Positions 16,324 to 25,842 of a DNA stretch of 64,000 bases are shown here, piece by piece. The DNA is taken from IMG/VR virus record IMGVR_UViG_3300010348_000552; one strand, written 5' to 3'. A model generated the notes under the pieces. The model saw nothing but the letters and a program-made list of their open reading frames with translations. It had not been told where the DNA came from and made no database searches. The translations under genes were made by a program, and so were the position numbers. The stretch is from an uncultured virus (IMG/VR IMGVR_UViG_3300010348_000552). Taxonomy: Duplodnaviria; Heunggongvirae; Uroviricota; Caudoviricetes. Numbering within the stretch: position 1 is the stretch's first letter; each line of letters begins with the position of its first letter.

Positions 16324-16971
16324 ATGACCAATCGCCAACGTCTCCAGCCGTTCCTCGACCACTTGGCTTCGCTCGAAGACCTAACTGTGGAACTGGTGCC
16401 GGAACGCTTCTTCTACCTCGGCGGTCTGCCCTGTGGTGGCGTCTTCGGGGAAGAGGACATGACCATCCGTGTCGCCACCAAACGTCCTTTTCAAGTGTGG
16501 GCGGGTACACTCGTCCATGAATACTGTCACTACTTGCAGCAGCAGGAACAGACTGATGAGTGGCGGTCGCTGACCTTGAGTGACGGCACTGACATCGGTT
16601 CGATCATCAACTACTGGCTCTGCGGCCATGTGGAACTCACACCGGAGAACCGAGTCCACTATCTACGGGTGGCAGCGGCCCTGGAACTTGACTGTGAACG
16701 ACGGGCCTTGGGCGTGATCGCGGACTGGCGGTTGGGCCTCAATAAGCACACCTATGCGGCAATGGCTAATGCTTACGTGCTGTCGCATGAGGTCGCCCTT
16801 GAACATCGGGTGTGGATCAGGCCAGGGTCGTTCACTCGTCACCTAACTACGCTGAAGTCGTTCTTCCCCGACCATCTTCATGCTTTCGAGTGCTACCACG
16901 ACCGTAAACGGTGGCGGGAGGCATCAGACTTTCTGCGGACGGTCTGTATGGGGCCGGTAGCCAGCGGGTAG
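16324..16971 (+). CDS. Putative zinc metallopeptidase
   Basis: TLVHEYCH plus downstream ELDCE. Confidence 0.7.
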   Translation: MTNRQRLQPFLDHLASLEDLTVELVPERFFYLGGLPCGGVFGEEDMTIRVATKRPFQVWAGTLVHEYCHYLQQQEQTDEWRSLTLSDGTDIGSIINYWLCGHVELTPENRVHYLRVAAALELDCERRALGVIADWRLGLNKHTYAAMANAYVLSHEVALEHRVWIRPGSFTRHLTTLKSFFPDHLHAFECYHDRKRWREASDFLRTVCMGPVASG

Positions 16972-17712
16972 TTTTCGTGAACACTGGCTACATATCGCGG
17001 CGGGTCCCAACTCAAACTCACTAACGGCCTTCTCGCACATAGCATGGTTGAAGTCCCGACCACAGAGGGTCTTCACGTAGTTCGCTGGGGTGCCGAAGTG
17101 GTAATGCCAAGACTGCTTACTGTTCATCCTTAGTAACATGGCCCTATCCTATCACATCACCGCAGTTGGGTCAAAGGGCATGTTGACAAACGGACTAGGC
17201 TGGTGCATAATAGCAATAGTATGCAGTCTTGGAGGCCGCTTACGCAAGCTGGTGCAAGCGGAGTTGGACGACATTATCGGGCTGCTGGGGCACCTAGGCG
17301 GGACGCGGGACGGTTTACCCGAGGGGTTGAACGACGTGCCAGCGGAGATCGTGAACGCCATCCGCCGGGAGATCGAGACGGTGCAGGACTTACACCACCG
17401 GGGGGGGTGATTTCCGAGGCAGACATTACCGCCGTGCGTACCACTACAGTAATGATGGCTCTGCTGATGGGGCGTCGTCTCGGTAAGTTGGAAGCCACGG
17501 TGGGGCCGCTAAGTAAGATCGTGACGATGGCAGACTACACAGCAATCACAGCGGGGTAACTACCGAAAGTGGAACTTGGTAACATTGTTGTTTGGGTCAT
17601 GGCCGGGTATGTAGCAAACGTCCTTTGTGTAGTGGGCCTACGGGTGCGGCCCCTATGGACCATGTTCATACCCGGCCTTTCTTTTCTCCTCGCCTGTCTA
17701 CCCTCGGCCTAA

Positions 17713-18099
17713 CTACAAGTCCAGTCTGATCTTGATACGCCCCTCCAGCAGTGTCTTCACGCAACCATCGGGGAAGTTGGTATGGCCGACCGGGAAGGTG
17801 CATTGCACCTCGTAGGTGTACTCGTCGGTCCACGTCGCCGTAGTAGCTCCTGCTACTCGGACACGGAACTTACCCTGGGAGGCGGTATCGGGGATGATCG
17901 TGGTGCCACTGATTACGGCCACTCCCCCCTTGCTCACATACAGGAGGAGGGTACTGCCGACCAGCGTGAGGTCGGAGTAGGTCGTCGCTGCTTCCGACTT
18001 GATCTTGAAGTGGAAGGCGTCCTCCAGACCATCCCCCTGCTTGATAACGTAGGACTTCTGGTAGGGCAACTTGTTCAGTTCGATGGTAACGGTAGCCAC
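17713..18099 (-). CDS. Probable virion protein (BppU-like)
   Basis: IKQGD, DLTLVGS, YTYEVQ, TLLEGRIKI pattern. Confidence 0.65.
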   Translation of the reverse strand: MATVTIELNKLPYQKSYVIKQGDGLEDAFHFKIKSEAATTYSDLTLVGSTLLLYVSKGGVAVISGTTIIPDTASQGKFRVRVAGATTATWTDEYTYEVQCTFPVGHTNFPDGCVKTLLEGRIKIRLDL

Positions 18100-18110
18100 G
18101 GGGTCACCTC

Positions 18111-18353
18111 TTAGTAGGTCTGGATCGTGTCGCGTCCATAGTCCACGTCTACGGTGCCACGGCCATAGTCGGCCTGCACCGTTTGCCGTTGGTAGTCAAC
18201 CTGCACAGGACTGCGGGTGTAGTCTACGTCAACGAGGCCACGAGTGTAGTCCACCTGGATTACGTCGGCATGGGTATAGTCTACTTCCTTGACGCTGAAG
18301 CCTCGGGTGAGCAGCAGCACACTCTTCAATCCGTGGATGATGATATTGGGCAT
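18111..18353 (-). CDS. Small protein with VxVDY repeats
   Basis: Six roughly 9-aa repeats ending VDY/ADY; TAATG coupling. Confidence 0.65.
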   Translation of the reverse strand: MPNIIIHGLKSVLLLTRGFSVKEVDYTHADVIQVDYTRGLVDVDYTRSPVQVDYQRQTVQADYGRGTVDVDYGRDTIQTY

Positions 18354-19834
18354 TAGATTCGCGTCCTCATGGTCGGTGCCGTCGCACTATCCAACTCGAA
18401 GACGTAGGCGTTGGTGCCGTCCACCCACTTGATCTGCCAGTTCGTCCCGTCCAACTCGTAGTCCCCCGCCGTCCCCGCCCAGACTTCTTCAACGATGGTC
18501 TCCAGCGTCTTCGTATTGCCATCGGGGAAGGTGATACTGGTGCCAAGCAGGGCGGTGATGAGGGCGGTGCGTTCGGCACTGGTCAGGGACATGGCCGCCC
18601 CCGTCGCGGCAGGGGAGGCAGGCAGGTTGTCCGTCTTCGCTTTGATGGCATCTACTACCGTATCTACCGTGGCAAGGTTGGTGGCCGAGGCCGCCGTCTT
18701 GGCCGCGTCATAGTCGGAGGATAGGGTGAAGTTGGCCTTGTCGGTCAGGGACCGGGTGGCACTGGCCCATACATCTGCGGCCAAGGTGCCAAAGGACGAG
18801 AGCGTGCGGGTGGTCGCGGACCAGACCGCCGAGGCCACGTCTGCGGCCAGGGTGCCGAAGCTACTCAGGGTACGGGTGTCGTTCGCCCAGACAGCAGTGG
18901 CAACTGTGGAGGCCGAGGGCACATCCGCTCCCGTGGCGGCATCATAAGCGGCCAGGGCGGCGGTGGCGGCGGCCTGAGCTTCGGCACTGGACAGGTCATT
19001 GAGACCCGCCAAGCCATTGTCCAGCTCGGTCTTCGTCGGTGGGTCGTAGGCGTTCAGGGCGGCGGTGGCGGCGGCCTGAGCCTGGGCACTCGACAGGTTA
19101 TTCAAGGCCGCGACCTGAGAGCTGGTAGCCAGCCCGGCCTGAATCGCAGTGACCGCCGTATCGGCTACGGAGGCGGAGTTGACGGCATCATTGGCCAGGG
19201 TCATCGCACTACCGACGGCTGCCGGGGAGGCGGGTATCCTGTCCGTCTTCAACTTGATCGCGTCCACGTTCCCGTTCACGGTCGCCAGACTGGCAGCCGA
19301 GGCGGCGGTCTTGGCGGCGTCATAGGCAGAGGTCAGGGCATAGTTCGTCTTGTCGTTGTTGGTGCCCACGGTCACGGGGGAAGTGACGGACCCGACGGCC
19401 CCCGTAACGGAGCCGACACTCCCCGTCACATTGCCACTGACACCTGTAACCGTCCCCATGTTGTCGCCTGCCACGGCCCACTTGGTACGGAAACTGTAGG
19501 TTTCATGAGCCATGCCTTGATAGGTGCCCGAGGGCACGGCAAAGGTCATCTCATAATCGGCTTCGTCACTGGCATCGGCAGTGGCTTGGTTCCAGGCATA
19601 GCCATAGGTGCCGTCCCCATTATCCGTCAGGGCCTGCTTATTGGAGGCGTCCAGCAGAGCGTAGGTAGCAATGGTGTCCCAAGTTACGTCCACAAAGTCG
19701 AACCACTTGCCGTCTGAGAGACGACGAATCGCCACCGTGGCTGTCTGCCCGGTGACGGGGTTGTTCCCTACCGTGACCTCATCAATGAGACTAAGAATCA
19801 GGACGGGGCTGGAACCGCTCGGCACTATTATCAT
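18353..19834 (-). CDS. Ala/Thr-rich repetitive virion or fibre-like protein
   Basis: 493 aa; internal repeats TRTLSSFGTLAADV, YDAAKTAASA, VDAIKxKTD; AAGGAG RBS. Confidence 0.75.
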   Translation of the reverse strand: MIIVPSGSSPVLILSLIDEVTVGNNPVTGQTATVAIRRLSDGKWFDFVDVTWDTIATYALLDASNKQALTDNGDGTYGYAWNQATADASDEADYEMTFAVPSGTYQGMAHETYSFRTKWAVAGDNMGTVTGVSGNVTGSVGSVTGAVGSVTSPVTVGTNNDKTNYALTSAYDAAKTAASAASLATVNGNVDAIKLKTDRIPASPAAVGSAMTLANDAVNSASVADTAVTAIQAGLATSSQVAALNNLSSAQAQAAATAALNAYDPPTKTELDNGLAGLNDLSSAEAQAAATAALAAYDAATGADVPSASTVATAVWANDTRTLSSFGTLAADVASAVWSATTRTLSSFGTLAADVWASATRSLTDKANFTLSSDYDAAKTAASATNLATVDTVVDAIKAKTDNLPASPAATGAAMSLTSAERTALITALLGTSITFPDGNTKTLETIVEEVWAGTAGDYELDGTNWQIKWVDGTNAYVFELDSATAPTMRTRI

Positions 19835-19898
19835 GGTCCTACTCCTTGGGTGAACCGTGTACTTGATTCTGTAGTTGGAAGGTCACGCCCTCGGTGAT

Positions 19899-20219
19899 CT
19901 ACTGCAAGGCATAGAGTTCGCCCTTGCTTTTGGGTGCCCGGTGGGCCAACTCCCAACGGGAGTCAGTCGGATCGAGATAGCAGAGATCGCCAAAGGCCAA
20001 GGTCGCCCCCGCCGTACCGGACCGCACCCAACCATTGAACTTGCCATCCGCCGAGAGACCGGCATCGAACTCCAGATAGGAGTTCTCTTCGAGGACGAGA
20101 CCGCCCTGGTAGGTGGCGACGCTATTGATGTCACTCAATGCCCCCGCCGCCAACTCCCGCACCTGCGCCTCGCTGCCCTCCGGCACCGTCACCGTCACCA
20201 CCGTCGTGCTCTGCGCCAC
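19899..20219 (-). CDS. Fibre/decoration-like protein, probably truncated
   Basis: AGATLAFGDLCYL...RWELA then an abrupt end. Confidence 0.45.
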   Translation of the reverse strand: MAQSTTVVTVTVPEGSEAQVRELAAGALSDINSVATYQGGLVLEENSYLEFDAGLSADGKFNGWVRSGTAGATLAFGDLCYLDPTDSRWELAHRAPKSKGELYALQ

Positions 20220-20250
20220 GCCACGCCGCCCGCCCCGAGTGTTGCCGTCT

Positions 20251-21768
20251 CTACAGCGCCCCGACGTAGCCCAGCAGCCAGGGCTGCATGACCGTCAACT
20301 GCTCCGCCGACAGCGCCCCCGCCACCAGCAGCGTCAGCCCACGCTCCCCGGTCATGTAGCCCAGGGCGTTACCGCTGGTAAGATACCACGTCCCCGGCGC
20401 GGTCGTCAGGTTCTCCATCGCCACGTAGCTGCCGCTCGTGTAGTTCGTTGTCGTCACCAGCGCGGCGTTGTGGTAGAGCTTGACGCCGGACGCGGTCGCC
20501 GCGCCGCTGTAGGTCATCGCCAATACCTGCCAGGTCCCCTCCGTCACCGGCACCGCGGAGGTCATTTGGCCGATGTAGCCGCCCGTGCTGTGGTCCCACA
20601 GCCGCGCCGAGAACAGGGAACTGGAGTATCCAAAATCGTACTCGCGGCCCGTCCCGGTATAGGCGTCGTACTTACCCCACACGATGCGCCGCAACGTCGT
20701 GAGCGTATCGGGGCGCACCACTGCCACCACCGAGAACGGGTTGTCCGCGCTCCCGTTGCCGAAGGAGAAGGCATCGGCGTCCGCGACCGACCAGTAGTTA
20801 TTGTCAGCGCTGGCGAGCGTTGCGGCGCGCGCCAGCCCCCACCGCCCCCAGACCGTCGGGGCGCTGTTGTACGTCCCGTGGCGGTCGTTGCCGGACATGT
20901 CGGTCACGGTGTTGCCGCTGAGGCTGCGGTCGAGCCAGAGGCCGATGATGTTGCTGGATCCCAGCAGGCTGCGCAGCTTGCCCACGAGGTCGCCGACGGC
21001 CCAGGCGTGCAGCGCGTCGTCCAGGATGACTGCGCCGCTGCTGCTAGCGGTGAGTTCCTCGACCGCGCCGGTGCCGTTGCTGGTGCGCCCGAGGACGACG
21101 CCGCTGCTACACTGGAGCGACGTGGCGGCGATGGTGCCGCCGTCGCCGCCGCTGTGGTCGTGGCTGTCGCCGTTGGTCACGCCCTTCGCGGCCACCGCAT
21201 AGGTCGCCGGGTCCAGGGACACCAGCGCCTTGTCGGCATTCGTGGCGACCAGAGACGAGGCCGTCAGCCCCGGCACCTCGACAGCCCCACTCGCCCGCAA
21301 CCTAAACCGCAACTCCCCGCCCGCGAAAAAACTGACACTGCCTGGGGCGGTGTTTCCGGTCGGTGCGCCGTCCGCCTCCATAGTGAGCGATGCCGAGTAG
21401 CGCAATGTGCCTCCGGTGTCATAGCTCCCCGCGTACATGCCACAGATGACATCGCCATCTAGCAGGGGCAACGGTAGGGCATAGGTCCCCCGGCGGCGCA
21501 GCCCGGTGAACTTCGGCCAGTAGGTCGGCCCCCAGGTCGCGTTGATGAAGTCGGCGGGCGTCCCGTCCCCGTAGGCCCGCAGGTACTGCGCGTGTATCCG
21601 GCCCGTTGTCGCGGCGACCGGCGTGCCCAGGTTGATGCAGTCCAAGACCTTCAGTGCCTTGCCCGTCGTGTCCGCATACCCCGCCACGTCGCCCGCCACG
21701 GCTGACGCCGGGCCGGTCACGTCACCATTGTTACGCCGTCGCAGATCAGCCAAAAGCCTCACCACCAT
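20251..21768 (-). CDS. Tail-fibre-like protein with C-terminal LamG/concanavalin-A domain
   Basis: GDVTGPAS, GVTNGDSHDHSGGDG, DMSGNDRHG, FSVVAVVRP, WQVLAMTY. Confidence 0.75.
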   Translation of the reverse strand: MVVRLLADLRRRNNGDVTGPASAVAGDVAGYADTTGKALKVLDCINLGTPVAATTGRIHAQYLRAYGDGTPADFINATWGPTYWPKFTGLRRRGTYALPLPLLDGDVICGMYAGSYDTGGTLRYSASLTMEADGAPTGNTAPGSVSFFAGGELRFRLRASGAVEVPGLTASSLVATNADKALVSLDPATYAVAAKGVTNGDSHDHSGGDGGTIAATSLQCSSGVVLGRTSNGTGAVEELTASSSGAVILDDALHAWAVGDLVGKLRSLLGSSNIIGLWLDRSLSGNTVTDMSGNDRHGTYNSAPTVWGRWGLARAATLASADNNYWSVADADAFSFGNGSADNPFSVVAVVRPDTLTTLRRIVWGKYDAYTGTGREYDFGYSSSLFSARLWDHSTGGYIGQMTSAVPVTEGTWQVLAMTYSGAATASGVKLYHNAALVTTTNYTSGSYVAMENLTTAPGTWYLTSGNALGYMTGERGLTLLVAGALSAEQLTVMQPWLLGYVGAL

Positions 21769-21782
21769 ATGGTAGAAATGCC

Positions 21783-21808
21783 GACACCACCCGAAGGTGG
21801 TGTCTTTG
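21783..21808. terminator. Hairpin
   Basis: GACACCACC-CGAA-GGTGGTGTC-TTT. Confidence 0.65.
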
Positions 21809-21844
21809 TATAACGACTAACCTATGGTGTCTACAGCAGAGAAA

Positions 21845-22195
21845 TCAGCCGTAGAGTTTCTCCCGCAACAGGTAATCGGCCAGCATCGCCCGCAGTTTCT
21901 GGTTCTCGGCCTTGAGTTTTCCGATGTCGTCGGTCTCGTTGGCTCCAAACAAGACGGGGGCCTCGCGGTGTTGGGCCACCTCATCCTTGTAGGCGTCAAT
22001 CCACAGATAGAGCAGGTTGGGGGCAATGCCGTTCCTGATGGCAATGCCGGACCATTTGCCGGTGCCAGCCGCCAAGGCTTCGCGGACGATCTGCTTCTTC
22101 TGGTCTTCGGACCATGTTCGCCGCTGCCGCTTGGGCGACTCCTGTTCGACTTTGACTGCTACGTCCTCCGTTACGGTCTTCTCCTTCGTCACCAT
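21845..22195 (-). CDS. IS3 OrfA-like HTH and coiled-coil protein, solitary
   Basis: RRTWSEDQKKQIV, IAPNLLYLW, KLKAENQKLR; promoter TTGACA-17-TATAAC upstream. Confidence 0.75.
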   Translation of the reverse strand: MVTKEKTVTEDVAVKVEQESPKRQRRTWSEDQKKQIVREALAAGTGKWSGIAIRNGIAPNLLYLWIDAYKDEVAQHREAPVLFGANETDDIGKLKAENQKLRAMLADYLLREKLYG

Positions 22196-22342
22196 TTCAC
22201 TCCCTTTCGTTACCCCTCCTTTAGGTCGTCGTTATAGCATTATGTAGTCACATTGTCAATAGTGACAGTGGTGGGACGAGTTGCAGGCCAGTTGACTGCA
22301 TGAAACGGTGTTGCTATGGTCCGTGCCAAAGCGGAGGGCAAC

Positions 22343-22756
22343 ATGGCTGACATTGTACTCGTGACGGGCGTGTTCGATGTGCTGCACCCTGGTCATATCT
22401 CACTCTTGCGGGACGTACATAATCTTTACCCCGACTATGAGTTGGTCGTCGGTATCAACGGTGACCGTCGCACCAAGGAACTCAAGCCCTTTGTCCTGTT
22501 CACGGCAGCGGAACGTAAGACCATTTTGGAAGCACTCGCGGTCGTAGACCGCGTGATCGTGTTTGAGGAAGACGACCCAGCGGCACTCATCGAACGGCTA
22601 CGTCCGAAGATATTCGTCAAGGGTATGGACTGGCATGGTACGCACATGGCCGAAGAGGACATCTGCCGCTACTACGGAGTAGAGATCATGTTCATGGGCA
22701 ACCAAAAGTCCCACTCATCCTCGGAGTTGAAGAGGCGGCTGCATGTTTCTAGCTGA
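22343..22756 (+). CDS. Nucleotidyltransferase, HldE/RfaE domain II-like
   Basis: TGVFDVLHPGH, VVGINGD, FEEDDP, FVKGMDW. Confidence 0.85.
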   Translation: MADIVLVTGVFDVLHPGHISLLRDVHNLYPDYELVVGINGDRRTKELKPFVLFTAAERKTILEALAVVDRVIVFEEDDPAALIERLRPKIFVKGMDWHGTHMAEEDICRYYGVEIMFMGNQKSHSSSELKRRLHVSS

Positions 22757-23111
22757 CGAAGAAGCCATCATTGACCAAATCATCCGTGAGGACGGCCTGA
22801 CCGAAGATGACTGTCTCGCGGGCCTCACGGAACAGCAACGCAAAGTGTGGGTCCGGTATGCCATCCTCGGGGAGACGATCTCGCAGATCAAGGACGAGGT
22901 GTTCTGCAACCGCAAGTATTCGACGGACAGTATGGTACAGTACACGTTAGCCGATGCCCAACTGCGGATTGTCGCCAACATCCTCCAAGACGCCGACCTG
23001 ATGTGTCTCGGCAAGCACCGACCGGGAATGCGGCTGAAGATACAGCAGCTGATTCGGAAAGTGCAGTTGCTGAAGCGGCAGAAGGGGCTGAAGAAGCCGT
23101 GCCTACTGTAA
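22743..23111 (+). CDS. Hypothetical, possibly DNA-binding protein
   Basis: 122-aa ORF in operon; LTEQQRKV segment. Confidence 0.6.
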   Translation: MFLADEEAIIDQIIREDGLTEDDCLAGLTEQQRKVWVRYAILGETISQIKDEVFCNRKYSTDSMVQYTLADAQLRIVANILQDADLMCLGKHRPGMRLKIQQLIRKVQLLKRQKGLKKPCLL

Positions 23112-23656
23112 CCAGTGAACAACTCGACAGCCTCCTCGGCCAGGGCATGAACTTCGCTCAGATTGGGCGGGCGTTGGGCCTGAGCCGGGAGATGGTGCGG
23201 CGGTATGCGGCCAAGTTCGGCCTCACCAAACGGTGTGCCAAGTGCCGGCGTGTGATACCGTCGCGGCAGAAGTTCTGCCCGGCCTGTGGGGAACGGGACC
23301 GCAAGGAACGGGCCAAGCAGGGCAACTTTCGGCCCATCAAGACCTTCGCCAACCGTACCGTCGTCTTGGAGGCCTATGCCTACTTCGCGGCCCGTGGTTT
23401 GGACGTGGTGCTGAACGCCGAGAGTGGCCGCAACGACCCCGAGTTGTGGGTGGACGGTCAGAGTGTGAAGTGCAACCGCATGGTTCCCGTTAGCCAGGGT
23501 TACCAAGTACGGTTGGTTCCCGAGATGGAGGCCGACTTCTGGTATTTGAGTGACGGGCAGACGAAGTTCGTGATCCCGATTGGTGAAATCGAGAAGAAGC
23601 TAACCTATCTGGCTCAGGGCAGCCCACTGCAACAGTGGCGTGTGGCCGATGGATAA
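23099..23656 (+). CDS. HTH and zinc-ribbon protein
   Basis: GMNFAQIGRALGLSREMVRRY; CAKC...FCPAC. Confidence 0.75.
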   Translation: MPTVTSEQLDSLLGQGMNFAQIGRALGLSREMVRRYAAKFGLTKRCAKCRRVIPSRQKFCPACGERDRKERAKQGNFRPIKTFANRTVVLEAYAYFAARGLDVVLNAESGRNDPELWVDGQSVKCNRMVPVSQGYQVRLVPEMEADFWYLSDGQTKFVIPIGEIEKKLTYLAQGSPLQQWRVADG

Positions 23657-24233
23657 GTTGGCCAGTGTGGACGGCAAGTGGCTATTCATGCACGAGGACG
23701 TGGAGGTCCGAGAGCTGATGCTGGAACTCTCGGCTCAGGGCCTGCCCGACCACGAGATTGCCGAGGTGGTGCGGGCCTCGGGCAAGGTCGAGCGGATTAC
23801 GGTTGAGGACGTGAAGGCCTACAAGCGTAACTACATGCAGGACATCACGACCTATGCCGACCGCAACGCCCGCAAACTGCTGGGGAAGATGCCGTTGACG
23901 AAGCGGGCCTATCGGGTGGGCCAACTCGACCGGCTGTTGCAGTTGTTTGCAGACCAGATACCCGTATTGCTGGAGACGAAGCCCGCTGCTGCGGCCACGT
24001 TGATGAGTACCTACCTGAAGGGCCAGCAGCAGATCGCCGTGGACGTGGGGGACTTACAGGCGGCGGCTGACCCCAAGAACCGCTTCATCGAAATGCTGCA
24101 ACGGGCCACGCCCGAACAGCGGGTCGAGATTATGAAGCACCTCAACGAACTGGAGATGCTGGACCGTGAGTTGGGTGGCAAGCCCCGCTTGGAAGCCGTC
24201 GTGGTAGACGCGGAGTTCGAGGTGGATAGTTGA
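23649..24233 (+). CDS. Probable terminase small subunit
   Basis: Helical protein directly upstream of and overlapping TerL. Confidence 0.6.
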   Translation: MDKLASVDGKWLFMHEDVEVRELMLELSAQGLPDHEIAEVVRASGKVERITVEDVKAYKRNYMQDITTYADRNARKLLGKMPLTKRAYRVGQLDRLLQLFADQIPVLLETKPAAAATLMSTYLKGQQQIAVDVGDLQAAADPKNRFIEMLQRATPEQRVEIMKHLNELEMLDRELGGKPRLEAVVVDAEFEVDS

Positions 24234-25837
24234 CGCCACAGCACGAGTGGGACCTCCTAAGACAGATCAGGGAAGCGGTAGAGTTCGAGCGGCTGGAAAG
24301 CATCCGTAACGACCTCTGCCAGTTTGCTGAGTACACGCAGGTTGACGAGAACGGCAAGCCCGTCAAACTCGGTGCCCACCATCGGGAGTGGTTCCAGATC
24401 ATCTGGGAGCAAATCCGTGACGTGGTGGAGAACGAGGCGGGGCACGAACCGCCGCCGCACCGTAACCTCCTCTTGATGGCCCCCCGCAACCACGGCAAGT
24501 CAACCTCGATGGTGACGCTGCTTCAGTTCATCCTCGGTAAGAACCCGAGGCTCAGGGTCAAGTACGTCAGCCGCAACGACAAACTGTCCCTGGACATCGT
24601 GGGTCAGGTCAAGAAGAACATCGAGTTCAATGCCAAGTTGCATGAGGTCTTCCCCCGCCTCAAGAAGGACCCGAACGGTTCGTGGTCTGGTTCGGCCATT
24701 GACGTGGTGAAGGTAACCAAGGAGGGTGAACGGGACGACGCCGACCTGGGCATCAAGGACGCTAACCTGGAGGCCTACGGGATCAGTGCCCCGGCTACCG
24801 GCGGACGGGCCGACCTCATCATCTTTGACGACATCATTGGTGGTCGGGAGGCCATTCAGGAACCGGGTCGCCTAGAGAAAATTTCAATGGCGTTCCGTCG
24901 GGACTGGCTCAACATTGGTGGTAAGCGTCACATCGTCATTGGGACGCCGTGGACACCGGACGACATCCTGGCCGAACTATCGGAAGACGACACTTGGCGG
25001 AAGTGGAAGAAGCCTGCCATCATTGACGGCCACGCCCTGTGGCCCGAGGAACGCCCGATCTCCTGGCTCATGGAACAGAAGAAGCTGATTGGGGAGACGG
25101 CTTTCAACCTCCAGTACATGCTGGAGGGCATCATCCAGAAGCAGTCGTGGTGGACCAGGGCAGTCATTGACCGCTGCAAAGACCCGAAGACGCGGTTCGG
25201 CAAGGTGCCCAGTGACTTCGAGATAGACGGGGTGGTGTTGGGCTTCGACCCGGCCGCCTCCATGATGCGTGACGGGTCCTTCTCCTGTATCTTCGCGCTG
25301 CTCTATGACAAGATGCACCGTAAGGTGGTCTACCGTATCAAGCGGAAGCGTGCCCAACCGATTGAGATGGCCGGGCACCTTATAGATATGCTTCTGGAAA
25401 TAGAGGCCACGTTGACACGAAAGGTGGACCTTGTTACTGTCGAAAACAACGCGACACAGCAGGCGTTCATTGACCTCATCAACCTACTGTGTGAGACGCG
25501 GGGCGTGAACCTACGGGTGCCGATCATGGGGGCCTTCACGGGTTCGCAAAAGTGGAATCCCGAGTTGGGGCTGCCCCGTATGGTAGGTGACTTTGAGAAC
25601 GGTAAGTGGATTATCCCGTGGGGTGACGAGGCGCATCAAGGGCGGCTGGACCCCCTGCATACTTGTGACCTGTGTTCGTGGATCGATGAGATGGAAGGCT
25701 ATCCCCATGACACGCCGACGACGGACATGATTATGTCGTCGTGGTTGGCGAGTTCTTCGATAGACAAGCAGACGATAGGGATACTCCCCACGACTGTCCA
25801 GGTACGCCGGGCCAGCGTGACAAACATCAACTGGTGA
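24230..25837 (+). CDS. terL: Terminase large subunit
   Basis: APRNHGKS, TGGRADLIIFDD, VIGTPW, LWPE, GFDPA, VENNATQ. Confidence 0.93.
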   Translation: MTPQHEWDLLRQIREAVEFERLESIRNDLCQFAEYTQVDENGKPVKLGAHHREWFQIIWEQIRDVVENEAGHEPPPHRNLLLMAPRNHGKSTSMVTLLQFILGKNPRLRVKYVSRNDKLSLDIVGQVKKNIEFNAKLHEVFPRLKKDPNGSWSGSAIDVVKVTKEGERDDADLGIKDANLEAYGISAPATGGRADLIIFDDIIGGREAIQEPGRLEKISMAFRRDWLNIGGKRHIVIGTPWTPDDILAELSEDDTWRKWKKPAIIDGHALWPEERPISWLMEQKKLIGETAFNLQYMLEGIIQKQSWWTRAVIDRCKDPKTRFGKVPSDFEIDGVVLGFDPAASMMRDGSFSCIFALLYDKMHRKVVYRIKRKRAQPIEMAGHLIDMLLEIEATLTRKVDLVTVENNATQQAFIDLINLLCETRGVNLRVPIMGAFTGSQKWNPELGLPRMVGDFENGKWIIPWGDEAHQGRLDPLHTCDLCSWIDEMEGYPHDTPTTDMIMSSWLASSSIDKQTIGILPTTVQVRRASVTNINW

Positions 25838-25842
25838 CGCTA

